A stretch of 32,000 nucleotides of DNA from an uncultured Candidatus Saccharibacteria bacterium (lineage in GTDB: Bacteria > Patescibacteriota > UBA1384 > XYA2-FULL-43-10 > 1-14-0-10-43-13): positions 30,001 to 62,000 of the forward strand of contig CAZIYE010000002.1 in assembly GCA_964543385.1 (NCBI GenBank), written 5' to 3'. The notes under the pieces were generated by a model, which had not been told where the DNA came from, did no database searches, and saw only the letters and a list, made by a program, of their open reading frames with translations. Shown piece by piece: positions 21,830 through 30,872 of this stretch (its first letter is position 1; every line of letters begins with the position of its first letter). A program made the position numbers and the translations under genes.

Positions 21830-23152
21830 TTAGCTAAATGTCAATTCTGTACGATAGCCCCTTTTAAAATCTTCGTAGGTCATTTCATTCTTGCCTTCAG
21901 GCTTGACTCGATCTAGCGCATAGGTCAAATCCTTCTCAAAATGACCGGCAATCAATTGCACTTTTTTGTCTTTTACAACTGCGAATGCCTTTGGCCAGTC
22001 GCTAAATGCTCTAATTTTTCTGTCTACTATCTCTTTGGGTGTATCTGCGTCGACAAATCCATCTTCTTTTTTGAAAAGTCGATTGTATGTTGCCTTGCTA
22101 TCATCTTGGGGTGTTGGTTCTAGATCCTTGGTCAGATAATAAGGGATAGAATTAACCAGAAGCGAAGCACCAATTTCTGCTAAGTAAGGTTTTAAAATAG
22201 TTGTTGTCTCTGTGCCACGAAGCTGGACACTAGCCTGTGAAATGATGTCACCAGCATCCATTTTTTCGCCAGTCAATATTAGAGATACTCCGGTAACCTT
22301 ATCACCGTCTAAAATTGTTTGTTGAATCGGTGATGGTCCTCTGTGCTGAGGCAAAAGAGACGGATGGATATTTATTATGCCAAATTCTGGAATATCAATT
22401 ATATCTTTACTAATGATCTGTCCAAAATCGGCCATTATCCCAAGCTTCGGTTTCAGTGCTTTAATTTTTTCAACAATGTCAGGAGATTTAATATTGTCGG
22501 TTTTGATTATTGGTAGATTATATCTGTTTGCAATCTCCTCAATTGGATTTTTCTTTTTATTATGTTTTCTGGAAACAGCCTGGGAATTGCCGGTTATGAC
22601 TGCCCTGATCTTATATTGGGGATCAATAGCTAAAATTTCTAGAGCATCGATGCCGAGAGTTCCAGTACCTATAAATATAACGTCTATCTCTCGGATATGG
22701 TCAATTAGTAGAGTTGAATTTAAATGGTCAATTTCATGTTGAAGTACTCTCGAGAATAGGCCAGTTGCCTCGATAGTCAGATTATTTCCTAATCGATCTT
22801 TGCCAGTCACAGTAACGTCGCTAGGTCTCTTAACAATTATCTCTAAGCCAGGAAAAGACAGACACCCCTCCACCATATTTCTAGATGATTTCGATCTTTT
22901 AGTTATTTTTGGGTTGCAAATAACTGTCAGGGGAAAGGATTTAAATCTTGAGTCCTCTTCGGCCTTGTATTCGCAAACTATTACTTTTTTTGAACTTTTG
23001 ACTTGAGGAGCGGCAAGGCCAACGCCATTAGCAGCTCTCATGGTATCAATCATATCATCTATGAAGGCTTGAAATTCCATACCAAAATCGCTGACCTCTT
23101 CGGTCTTGGCTCTAAGAATTGGATTGCTAGTTTTTATTATTTCTAATTTCAT
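21830..23152 (-). CDS. fused peptide deformylase + methionyl-tRNA formyltransferase (single 440-aa ORF)
   Basis: Def motifs: GVGLAAPQV, EGCLSFPG, QHEIDHL (aa 1-~155). About 12 aa later the Fmt part begins: VIFIGTGTLG, INIHPSLLPQHRGPSPIQ, KMDAGDII, and a C-terminal tRNA-binding domain. No stop or frameshift between the two parts. Confidence 0.9.
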   Translation of the reverse strand: MKLEIIKTSNPILRAKTEEVSDFGMEFQAFIDDMIDTMRAANGVGLAAPQVKSSKKVIVCEYKAEEDSRFKSFPLTVICNPKITKRSKSSRNMVEGCLSFPGLEIIVKRPSDVTVTGKDRLGNNLTIEATGLFSRVLQHEIDHLNSTLLIDHIREIDVIFIGTGTLGIDALEILAIDPQYKIRAVITGNSQAVSRKHNKKKNPIEEIANRYNLPIIKTDNIKSPDIVEKIKALKPKLGIMADFGQIISKDIIDIPEFGIINIHPSLLPQHRGPSPIQQTILDGDKVTGVSLILTGEKMDAGDIISQASVQLRGTETTTILKPYLAEIGASLLVNSIPYYLTKDLEPTPQDDSKATYNRLFKKEDGFVDADTPKEIVDRKIRAFSDWPKAFAVVKDKKVQLIAGHFEKDLTYALDRVKPEGKNEMTYEDFKRGYRTELTFS

Positions 23153-23186
23153 TTGGTAATAACATTAATGGTTATATAAAAAATAT

Positions 23187-24356
23187 CTATGATTTGCCAT
23201 ACCCATTTGGATGGGTTTCATGCCATTTCCATGCAGTGCTTGCCATATCATCAACAGAATATTGGGCTTCCCATTTTAAGATTTCGTTTGCCTTTTTTGA
23301 GCTAGCATACGAAGCAACCGGATCTCCCGACCTTCTTGTCGAAATAATATAATTTACTTTTCTATCGCTTGCTTTTTCTACAGCCCTAATAATTTCCATC
23401 ACGGTAGATCCTTTACCTGTTCCAAGATTGAAAATGTCTGATCGTTCTGATTTTAGTAGATATTGCAATGCTTTAACGTGGCCATTTGCTAAATCTACAA
23501 CATGAATATAATCTCTGACACCGGTCCCATCCTTTGTAGGGTAATCATTGCCGAATATTTCAAGTTTGTCTCTTTTGCCCATAATCTGACACATGGTAAC
23601 TGTCATTAGAGTGGTTGGGCTTGGTTTGTCTTCTCCTATAGTGCCATCAATTAACGCGCCACAAACATTAAAATATCTTAATACAATTCCTTTGAGTCCA
23701 AAGAGCTTGTCATATTTCTTCATAATTATTTCATCGAGGAGCTTTGATAACCCATAAATTGACGCAGGTATTCTAAGCATAGACAGATCATCTTCTGTCA
23801 GCTTCAGTTCTGGTCTGTTGGAAATCAAATTATTGTAAAGATCGATAAACTTTAAGAAAAAATCTTCCCCGGATGTTTCAACTCCATCGAATTTCCCCGG
23901 TAATAGGCATGATGCAGCTGGTTTAAATCTTGAAGTATATTTCTCTTTCAGGGGGAAATCTTCATCTTTGAGTGGATTGCCATAAGTAGAAGCTGTTGAC
24001 GATTTGATAATAAATTTACAACCATTTTCAACCATTACGTCTAGGAGGTTTATAAAGTTTTCAACGTTATTCTTGAAATATTTCTCAGGCTTTTCCATTG
24101 ATTCACCAACAGCAAGATAGGCTGCAAAGTCAATTATTGCGGTTGGTCTATGTTTTTTTAATATTGCATCCATTGCTTTTTTATCACCAACATTTGCAAT
24201 TTCTAATTCTGCTAAGTCAGCAATAGCTTCTTTGTGCCCATTCTCAAGACTATCAACTACTACTACATCATAACCACAGGAAACTAGTTCCTTAACCGTG
24301 ATACTTCCTATGTAGCCAGCACCGCCAGTGACTAAAATTGTCTGTTTGTTTTCCAT
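23187..24356 (-). CDS. galE: UDP-glucose 4-epimerase-like SDR with a ~54-aa insertion before the YxxxK motif
   Basis: ILVTGGAGYIGS, SSTASTYG, YGLSK (YxxxK), FGNDYPTKDGTGVRDYIHVVDLA. ATG 24356 has an aggga SD and lies after the priA stop; preferred over the track start 24395. Confidence 0.85.
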   Translation of the reverse strand: MENKQTILVTGGAGYIGSITVKELVSCGYDVVVVDSLENGHKEAIADLAELEIANVGDKKAMDAILKKHRPTAIIDFAAYLAVGESMEKPEKYFKNNVENFINLLDVMVENGCKFIIKSSTASTYGNPLKDEDFPLKEKYTSRFKPAASCLLPGKFDGVETSGEDFFLKFIDLYNNLISNRPELKLTEDDLSMLRIPASIYGLSKLLDEIIMKKYDKLFGLKGIVLRYFNVCGALIDGTIGEDKPSPTTLMTVTMCQIMGKRDKLEIFGNDYPTKDGTGVRDYIHVVDLANGHVKALQYLLKSERSDIFNLGTGKGSTVMEIIRAVEKASDRKVNYIISTRRSGDPVASYASSKKANEILKWEAQYSVDDMASTAWKWHETHPNGYGKS

Positions 24357-24369
24357 AAAATCCCTAAAT

Positions 24370-26355
24370 TTATAGTAGATTAGTTGGCTCAACATCCCAT
24401 ATTAAATTGGGAAATTTTTTCCATAAATCTACAATCTCCTTATCAATCTTATCACATTTTATCATTAAATGATACCTGAATTTGTTATGAAGCTTTTGGT
24501 AAAAGCAAGCGCCTGGACCAATAATTATGAAGTTATCTTGTCTCAAAATTGCTTCTAATTTTACAATTTCAGCAAGAGCTTTATTTTTATCAGCATGTTC
24601 CGAAACTATTCTAACAATTTTGCAAAAAGGTGGGTAGTTAAAATTTTCTCTTTGGACAATCTCATTCTCGTAGAATTGATTGAGATCATGGTTTAGAGCT
24701 GATTGAATCGGTAGAGCATCCGGCCAATAGGTCTGTAGAATGGTTGATCCGCGGTTTTCTTTTCGGCCGCTACGTCCTGAAACCTGAGTCAGAATTTGAA
24801 AAGTTTTTTCATTTGCTTTGTAATGTGGCATATTTAATCCAGTATCTGCTGATATAATTCCAACTAGATCTACATTCGGAATATCAAGACCCTTTGCAAT
24901 CATCTGTGTACCTATTACTATATCTACTTCATTGTTTTTAAACTTATTATAGAAATTTTCGTAATCATTTTTGGAATTAATAGTTGTAGAGTCAACCTTG
25001 AAGATTCTGGCTTTAGGGAATAGCTTTTCAATTTCCGATACAATCTTATCAATACCAGCACCAAAAAATTTAATTCTATAACTTTGACATTCTGGGCACG
25101 ATAATGGGACTGTTTCTTCGTGACCGCAATGATGGCATGCTAAGTGCTGGTGTCTCAAATTAAAATAATAGACAAGAGGTATCGAACAATTTGGACAGAG
25201 ACTGATAAATCCACAATCACGGCATGAAACAAAAGTGGCTGTGCCCCTTCTGTTTAGAAACAATAAGATTTGTTTCTTTTCCGCGAGAGTTTTGCTAATA
25301 CCTTCTTGTAAGGCTTCAGAAATAGGGGAGAAATTACCGAGTTTTACTTCATTTCGTAGGTCTACCATTTTTGAAGAGGGCAGAGAATTTGTATTATGAC
25401 GATTTTTTATCTTCAGCAACTTATAAGTGCCTGTTTTCGCTTTATATAAGCTTTCAATTCTTGGCGTGGCGCTACCCAAAACGAGCAAAGCCCCGGTTTT
25501 TATGGCAATTTGTTCAGCCAATGCAACTGCATGATATCGTGGGTTTTGTTCCTGTTTAAAAGAGTCTTCTTGTTCCTCGTCAACTATTATTAAACCAATC
25601 TTTTCGCTTGGTACAAGTAGTGCTGAGCGAGGACCAATGATAATTGGTTTTTTCCCATTGTAAAAATCATAATAACAATTATACTTTTCGGATTTAGACA
25701 GACCGGAATGCATCAGAGCCACTTTATCTCCAAAAACCTGTTCAAAACGCTGGACGGTCTGGGGAGTAAGCATAATCTCCGGGACAAGGATAATTACCTG
25801 TTTGCCAAAATCGATTATTTCTCTTGATGCTTTTATATAAAGTTCCGTCTTGCCGCTACTTGTGACCCCATGAAGCAAAATAGGCTTGATTTCTTTGTCT
25901 TTAACAAATTCAGAGTTCAGGGATTTTTTTATCTCATTGAAAACAATTTTTTGTTCATCATTTAAAACGATATCATTTTCTGGTTTTTTATCTGCCATTC
26001 TCTGCTTGTTGTCCGTTCTCGGACGTTTCATCTGTGGTGGCAGAAAGATGGATATTGCTTCCCCTAAGTTGCAGAGATAATAATTGGAAACCCATTCGGC
26101 AATTTCCATATAAATTGTCGGTAGCAGAAAATTTATATCAACAGATTTTATTGTCTTAATCTCGTACTTTACCGTGCCATCAGCTGCTTGTTTGCTACAG
26201 ATCGATTTAACAACTCCTCTGGTTATCTTTTTGCCAAATGGTATTTGCACTACCGAGCCAATTCTAATCAAATCCGCCAAATGTTCGGGGACTAAATAAG
26301 AAAAAGTTTGATTCTCAAAAAATGTTTTTATTTCTGGCACTACTTCTATAATCAT
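24370..26355 (-). CDS. priA: primosomal protein N' (replication restart helicase PriA)
   Basis: LLHGVTSSGKTELY, VDEEQEDSFKQ, and Cys-rich zinc insertion CRDCG..CPNCS..CHHCG..CPEC. Confidence 0.95.
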   Translation of the reverse strand: MIIEVVPEIKTFFENQTFSYLVPEHLADLIRIGSVVQIPFGKKITRGVVKSICSKQAADGTVKYEIKTIKSVDINFLLPTIYMEIAEWVSNYYLCNLGEAISIFLPPQMKRPRTDNKQRMADKKPENDIVLNDEQKIVFNEIKKSLNSEFVKDKEIKPILLHGVTSSGKTELYIKASREIIDFGKQVIILVPEIMLTPQTVQRFEQVFGDKVALMHSGLSKSEKYNCYYDFYNGKKPIIIGPRSALLVPSEKIGLIIVDEEQEDSFKQEQNPRYHAVALAEQIAIKTGALLVLGSATPRIESLYKAKTGTYKLLKIKNRHNTNSLPSSKMVDLRNEVKLGNFSPISEALQEGISKTLAEKKQILLFLNRRGTATFVSCRDCGFISLCPNCSIPLVYYFNLRHQHLACHHCGHEETVPLSCPECQSYRIKFFGAGIDKIVSEIEKLFPKARIFKVDSTTINSKNDYENFYNKFKNNEVDIVIGTQMIAKGLDIPNVDLVGIISADTGLNMPHYKANEKTFQILTQVSGRSGRKENRGSTILQTYWPDALPIQSALNHDLNQFYENEIVQRENFNYPPFCKIVRIVSEHADKNKALAEIVKLEAILRQDNFIIIGPGACFYQKLHNKFRYHLMIKCDKIDKEIVDLWKKFPNLIWDVEPTNLL

Positions 26356-26469
26356 AAGGGTAATATATCACAAGCGTTCCTATTATCAGAAATCTTCATT
26401 ATATTAAAAACATTTACTCATGCTACTTCCATTGATAGAAATGATATTTTATGTTATTGTAAGCAAACT

Positions 26470-27798
26470 ATGAGCGAAACAAAACTAAAAACTGTAGCAA
26501 TGATCGGGCGTCCAAATGTTGGAAAGTCCACTCTTTTTAATCGTCTGGTCGGAAGAAGAATTGCAATTGAAACATCGGTTCCTGGAACAACAAGAGATCG
26601 TCTTTTTGGCGAAGTATCTTGGGGTAAATCAAAATTTAATTTGATTGATGTCGCCGGTATGGAATTTGGTACTAAAAAAGAGATAGATTCAAATATCCAA
26701 GAAGGTATCCAATATGCGATTAATAATACAGACCTTCTGTTATTTTTAGTTGATTGGAATGAAAAAGATAACGAAGCAGACAAAAGAATCGCCAGGCTTT
26801 TGAGAAATTTGGATAAAGAAGTGATTTTAGTAGTAAACAAAGTTGATAATCTTCAAAGACAGGGCAGCATAGATGAGTTCAAGCGTCTAGGGAATTTCAA
26901 AATTTTTCCAGTATCTGCAATCTCAGGAAAAAGTTCTGGTGACTTGCTTGATGAAATAATCAAAAGGTTACGCAAGGTTAAAGTAGTAAAACAAGAGAGT
27001 AAAGCCAAGGGTCCTAAGGTAAGCCTAGCTATTATAGGGCGCCCAAATGTTGGTAAATCTACACTTTTAAATACAATAATTGGCGAGAAAAGAGCCATCG
27101 TTTCTTCTGAGGCTGGTACAACTAGAGACATAGTTAATATTGATTTTATGCATTCTGGCAAGGATATAAGGATTGCTGACACAGCTGGACTTAGAAGACC
27201 GGGCAAAATTTCCAAGGACACCATCGAATCTTTCAGCGTGATCAGAACTATGAGTGCCCTTAAGGAGAGCGACATAGCAATTCTTGTAATCGATGCTAGT
27301 GAAGGTCTGGTGGCCTTAGATATAAATATATTGGGCAAAGCCAAGGAGTGGGGAAAGGGTATAATCCTGGCTGTTAACAAAATTGATCTGGTTGATAAAG
27401 ATCAGAAAGAGTATATGGCTAGGATGATTTGGGAATTCCAGACAAAACTTAATTTTGCTCCATGGCTGCCAATCGTCTTTATCTCAGCGCAAAACGATGA
27501 GAATATCAAGCCTTTACTAAATCAGGCCATGAAAGTATATGAGAGCAGAAGTACTACTATATCGCAGGAAGATTTGACTGAAATACTTGAGGATGCTAAA
27601 AAAAGCAACCCTCAGCTGCTTGATATCGTTGCTTTTGTGCAGAAAAAAGCTAACCCGCCTATCTTTGAGGCTATATACAAAGGCAGGACCATTCCTCACT
27701 ATACACAGATTCGATATTTGGAAAACAAGCTCAGAGATGTTTGTCCTCTCAGCGGTTCCCCTATATTTATAGATCTAATGTCTAAATCCAAGAAGTAA
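26470..27798 (+). CDS. der: ribosome-associated GTPase Der/EngA
   Basis: Two G domains (IGRPNVGKSTLFN and IGRPNVGKSTLLN; DTAG; NKxD twice) plus a KH-like C-terminus. Start set at MSETKLKTVAMIG (ATG 26470), not the track's 26308. Confidence 0.95.
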   Translation: MSETKLKTVAMIGRPNVGKSTLFNRLVGRRIAIETSVPGTTRDRLFGEVSWGKSKFNLIDVAGMEFGTKKEIDSNIQEGIQYAINNTDLLLFLVDWNEKDNEADKRIARLLRNLDKEVILVVNKVDNLQRQGSIDEFKRLGNFKIFPVSAISGKSSGDLLDEIIKRLRKVKVVKQESKAKGPKVSLAIIGRPNVGKSTLLNTIIGEKRAIVSSEAGTTRDIVNIDFMHSGKDIRIADTAGLRRPGKISKDTIESFSVIRTMSALKESDIAILVIDASEGLVALDINILGKAKEWGKGIILAVNKIDLVDKDQKEYMARMIWEFQTKLNFAPWLPIVFISAQNDENIKPLLNQAMKVYESRSTTISQEDLTEILEDAKKSNPQLLDIVAFVQKKANPPIFEAIYKGRTIPHYTQIRYLENKLRDVCPLSGSPIFIDLMSKSKK

Positions 27799-28509
27799 TT
27801 CATCTAACTGGTTTTGGGAATATTGTACCCCGCTATGTATTTTGAAGTACACTCCAGGTTTTTTATTTTGGTTTCCTAGCTGTGCGATTGAGACCCATGA
27901 TCTGCCGGCGATATTAGCTCTTGGCAAAGCGCCCCACTCACGTGAGTCTGATGAGCCCTCTCTGTTGTCACCCATTACAAAATACTCATTTTCATTAAGT
28001 TTTTTAGTCAAAGTCTGTCCAGAGCCGATCTCTGTTTTGGTTGTCTTTGGCAAATAATCCTCTTTCAAAGTTAATCCATTTGGATTATCTATATTTATAA
28101 TCGTGACAGTATTATTTTTTATAGATACTGTTTCCCCAGGCAAGCCGATTATTCTCTTAATATAATTCAGACTAGGATTCTTTGGGTATCGAAATACAAC
28201 AACATCACCACGTTTTGGTTGTCCAAACATGTACGAAGTTTTTTCTGCTAGAAGATATTCATTATTTTCATAATTTGGCATCATTGATTGGCCATCTACA
28301 ATATATGGTTGAATAACAAAATATCTAAGTATGAATGCAATAATAAATACAACAAGGCCGGTTTTCAGCAGATCTAAAACGAAATCAAAAAAGTCTTGTG
28401 CTGAACCACTTTTAACCTGTAAATTGTTTAGTTGTTCAGAGTTATTTTCTAATAATTCTTTTAGTTCCTGATTACCCTGAGTCAAATTATCATGGTTATT
28501 TTCTTGCAT
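27775..28509 (-). CDS. lepB: signal peptidase I
   Basis: TM anchor, GQSMMPNY (catalytic Ser), YIKRIIGLPGE (Lys), GDNREGSSDSREWG. Confidence 0.9.
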   Translation of the reverse strand: MQENNHDNLTQGNQELKELLENNSEQLNNLQVKSGSAQDFFDFVLDLLKTGLVVFIIAFILRYFVIQPYIVDGQSMMPNYENNEYLLAEKTSYMFGQPKRGDVVVFRYPKNPSLNYIKRIIGLPGETVSIKNNTVTIINIDNPNGLTLKEDYLPKTTKTEIGSGQTLTKKLNENEYFVMGDNREGSSDSREWGALPRANIAGRSWVSIAQLGNQNKKPGVYFKIHSGVQYSQNQLDELLLGFRH

Positions 28510-28554
28510 GTTTACCTTGTTACATTTTATAAAGATAGTTTATTCTACCAATAC

Positions 28555-28585
28555 TTGACAGGCAGGGTCAAATGCAAGGTATAAT
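28555..28585 (+). promoter_or_regulatory. candidate lgt promoter
   Basis: TTGACA (28555-28560) and TATAAT (28580-28585), but the spacer is 19 nt, longer than optimal. Confidence 0.35.
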
Positions 28586-28614
28586 TTAACTACAATTTAA
28601 AGATTAGGATTATT

Positions 28615-29352
28615 ATGTATCCAGAATTATTTAAGATCGGTAGTTTGACGTTCTATACTCATGGTGTCTTAGCGGTATTTGGGATATTTCTTGGTAGTTT
28701 AGCGATTTACTTGCTTGCAAGAAAAGAGAAAATCAAGAATGGCTTCTTATTCGATAATGTAGTCTACTCGGTGTTGGTAGGAATAATCTTCGCCAGAATA
28801 ACTTATTTTTTTGTTTATTCTGATCAGTTTTCTAGTATTAAGGAGATATTTTATATTTGGCAGGGTGGGATGGTCTCATATGGAGGTTTTATCCCGGGGT
28901 TTATAACATTTATTCTTTTATTGAAGGCACAAAAGGCACAATTATCTAGATGGCTAGCAATTTCAGCTATTGCCTTCCCTATAGGACTTTTTTGGGGAAG
29001 GATCGGAAATATTTTTGCTGGTGAATATTCTGGAGTTTTAACAACAAGCAAATTCAATCTCGGCGGAGTGATTCCTGTGCCATTATATGAAGCGACTCTT
29101 CTTGTGCTGATAATAGCATGTTTGTTATTGATGTATAAAAAATGGCATAAACTTTTTGAACAGTATTCATTCTTCATCTTCATTTTATCCTATACATTAG
29201 GCAGATTCATAATAGATTTTTGGAGGGATGAGAGTAAAATCTTATTTAATATCTCATTGGGTCAAATGGTGAGCTTGCTGATATTTATTATCACAGCCAT
29301 ATTCTTGGTCTATGGATATGTTAAAGAAAGGCGCAAAAATGCAACTATCTAA
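28615..29352 (+). CDS. lgt: prolipoprotein diacylglyceryl transferase
   Basis: YTHGVLAVFG, WQGGMVSYGG, WGRIGNIFAGEYSG, PLYEA, GRFIIDFWRDE. Confidence 0.9.
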   Translation: MYPELFKIGSLTFYTHGVLAVFGIFLGSLAIYLLARKEKIKNGFLFDNVVYSVLVGIIFARITYFFVYSDQFSSIKEIFYIWQGGMVSYGGFIPGFITFILLLKAQKAQLSRWLAISAIAFPIGLFWGRIGNIFAGEYSGVLTTSKFNLGGVIPVPLYEATLLVLIIACLLLMYKKWHKLFEQYSFFIFILSYTLGRFIIDFWRDESKILFNISLGQMVSLLIFIITAIFLVYGYVKERRKNATI

Positions 29353-29668
29353 AGATTTTATAGATAAACAGAGGACAGCTTTGCTACAAGAGAAAAGTCG
29401 TCTTGAGGGTGAAATTAAAAAACTAGATAAATATCCTGATTACGGTGATAAGGATGATGATAATGATATGGAATTGCGCGATTATGAGAATAATCGATCA
29501 ATAGAAGATCAGCTTACCATTCTTCTCGAGAAGGTTAAGTCGGCTTTAGAATCAATAGACAATGGTAATTATGGCAAGTGTAAAAAATGCGGAGAAATGA
29601 TAAAGGACGATAGGTTGGATATAATGCCATACGCAGAAGTCTGTGTCGCTTGCTTGCCTAAAAAATGA
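29339..29668 (+). CDS. TraR/DksA-family C4 zinc-finger protein
   Basis: Coiled-coil N-terminus and CKKCGEMIKDDRLDIMPYAEVCVAC. ATG 29339 has a gaaagg SD and is preferred over the track start 29312. Confidence 0.75.
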   Translation: MQLSKDFIDKQRTALLQEKSRLEGEIKKLDKYPDYGDKDDDNDMELRDYENNRSIEDQLTILLEKVKSALESIDNGNYGKCKKCGEMIKDDRLDIMPYAEVCVACLPKK

Positions 29669-30078
29669 TTAATAATAAAAATAATCCTAAATTACTCCTC
29701 TCTGCTCTATTTTTGGTTTTTTTATTACAGACCGTTTCATTTTTTGCCATTAAGTTTTCCCTAGCAACGATTAATAGTAAATTTATCCTCGGCGAGGTAG
29801 CAGATAATACTATTTCAATAGTTGTCTCAATAGTACTATTATTGATATTAAGTTTTTTTCTATTGTCAGTTAAAAATTTTTTTACCATATGGTCAGTCTT
29901 GGTTATTGCGGGCTCATTATCCAACATCATCGACCGCTTTCTTTATGGGGGAGTAGTAGATTATTTTAGTATCCCTAAAATCTTTGTATTTAATTTATCG
30001 GATTTATTGATAGTAACAGCCATATCTGGCATTACTATCTATTCTACGATTAAAAAAAAATACCCTCCTGACCTTTAA
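29665..30078 (+). CDS. lspA: lipoprotein signal peptidase (signal peptidase II), short form
   Basis: AGSLSNIIDRFLYGGVVDYF and FVFNLSDLLI (catalytic Asp motifs). 137 aa. ATGA overlap with the upstream gene. Confidence 0.8.
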   Translation: MINNKNNPKLLLSALFLVFLLQTVSFFAIKFSLATINSKFILGEVADNTISIVVSIVLLLILSFFLLSVKNFFTIWSVLVIAGSLSNIIDRFLYGGVVDYFSIPKIFVFNLSDLLIVTAISGITIYSTIKKKYPPDL

Positions 30079-30413
30079 TAGGCTAGGAAGGCATTTTATT
30101 TTTCGTTGGGTTCGCTAGTTCCTTGACCTCTTATTTTGTTAAGAGCTGGACTACCTTGGATTGAGTTTTACCCCAATACATAGAGACGATCCAAAAAAAA
30201 TTTTAAAAATCAGGCCGGGAATTAGCGTGGTCTTTATTAAAACAATTCCGAAATAAAATTGTTTTAGCTATTGATGCATTTATCGACGGTAGTTTTAATA
30301 TTATTTTGTTTATTATTACAAATCATTATAAATTAATGATTTTTTTCATATTTGCTGAAGACTTATTAAAAAAATTCATTTAAGGTTAATCCAGAAATAT
30401 TAGGGATTAGAAA

Positions 30414-30860
30414 ATGAGCAATGACATAAAAGATAATAAACCAGATGAAAAAGAAGGTCTAGTTTCAGAAATAAGTAGCGAAATTTTGGGACAACCACTC
30501 AAAAATTTGGAGACTAATGAAATAGAAATATCTTCTGATGAAGACATTGTGAGTGACCTAAGCCAAGATAAAAGAGCAAGCAAAGAAGCAATCTCTGGCA
30601 TTAGGTCAGCAATTAATGTTGGGAAAAAGAATACTGATGCTGACCTGGGCGTTGTCTCTAATGACGTTGATGCTGACTGGCAGAATGAGTCAACTTCGGA
30701 AGAAGTATCTATGGGGGAGAATCCCACTCCGGATCAGGATCAAGTTGATTCTATATCGAGTTCATGGGGTATGAATTATCATAACCAAGAGGAACTCGAT
30801 ATAGAGAAGAAGGTAAAAGGTCTTGAACAGAAAAGAAGAAATGACGATAACACAGAATAA
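30414..30860 (+). CDS. hypothetical acidic, low-complexity (likely disordered) protein
   Basis: 148 aa rich in D/E/S. agggattagaaa precedes the ATG. No family recognised. Confidence 0.5.
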   Translation: MSNDIKDNKPDEKEGLVSEISSEILGQPLKNLETNEIEISSDEDIVSDLSQDKRASKEAISGIRSAINVGKKNTDADLGVVSNDVDADWQNESTSEEVSMGENPTPDQDQVDSISSSWGMNYHNQEELDIEKKVKGLEQKRRNDDNTE

Positions 30861-30872
30861 GAAAGGAGTAAT

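Noticed and set aside
26853-27380. 175-aa ORF antisense to der, plus similar long antisense ORFs (7760-8119, 9412-9717, 16115-16411, 22377-22742, 28851-29183, 30407-30727 and others in the track)
   Set aside because: All lie fully inside well-supported genes on the other strand. They lack SD sequences and have a skewed Ser/Leu/Ile/Phe composition typical of shadow ORFs.
27775-27798. 24-nt convergent overlap of the der and lepB 3' ends
   Set aside because: Such overlaps are common in compact genomes. There is no sign of a special element; it only implies that no terminator sits between the two genes.
30079-30413. 335-nt AT-rich intergenic region searched for sRNA or mobile-element remnants
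   Set aside because: I found only weak hairpins (GGAATT...AATTCC; AAATCATTA...TAATGATTT + T-run) and promoter-like AT-rich sequence. There are no ORFs longer than 20 aa, no repeats shared with other parts of the window, and no conserved RNA motif I could recognise.
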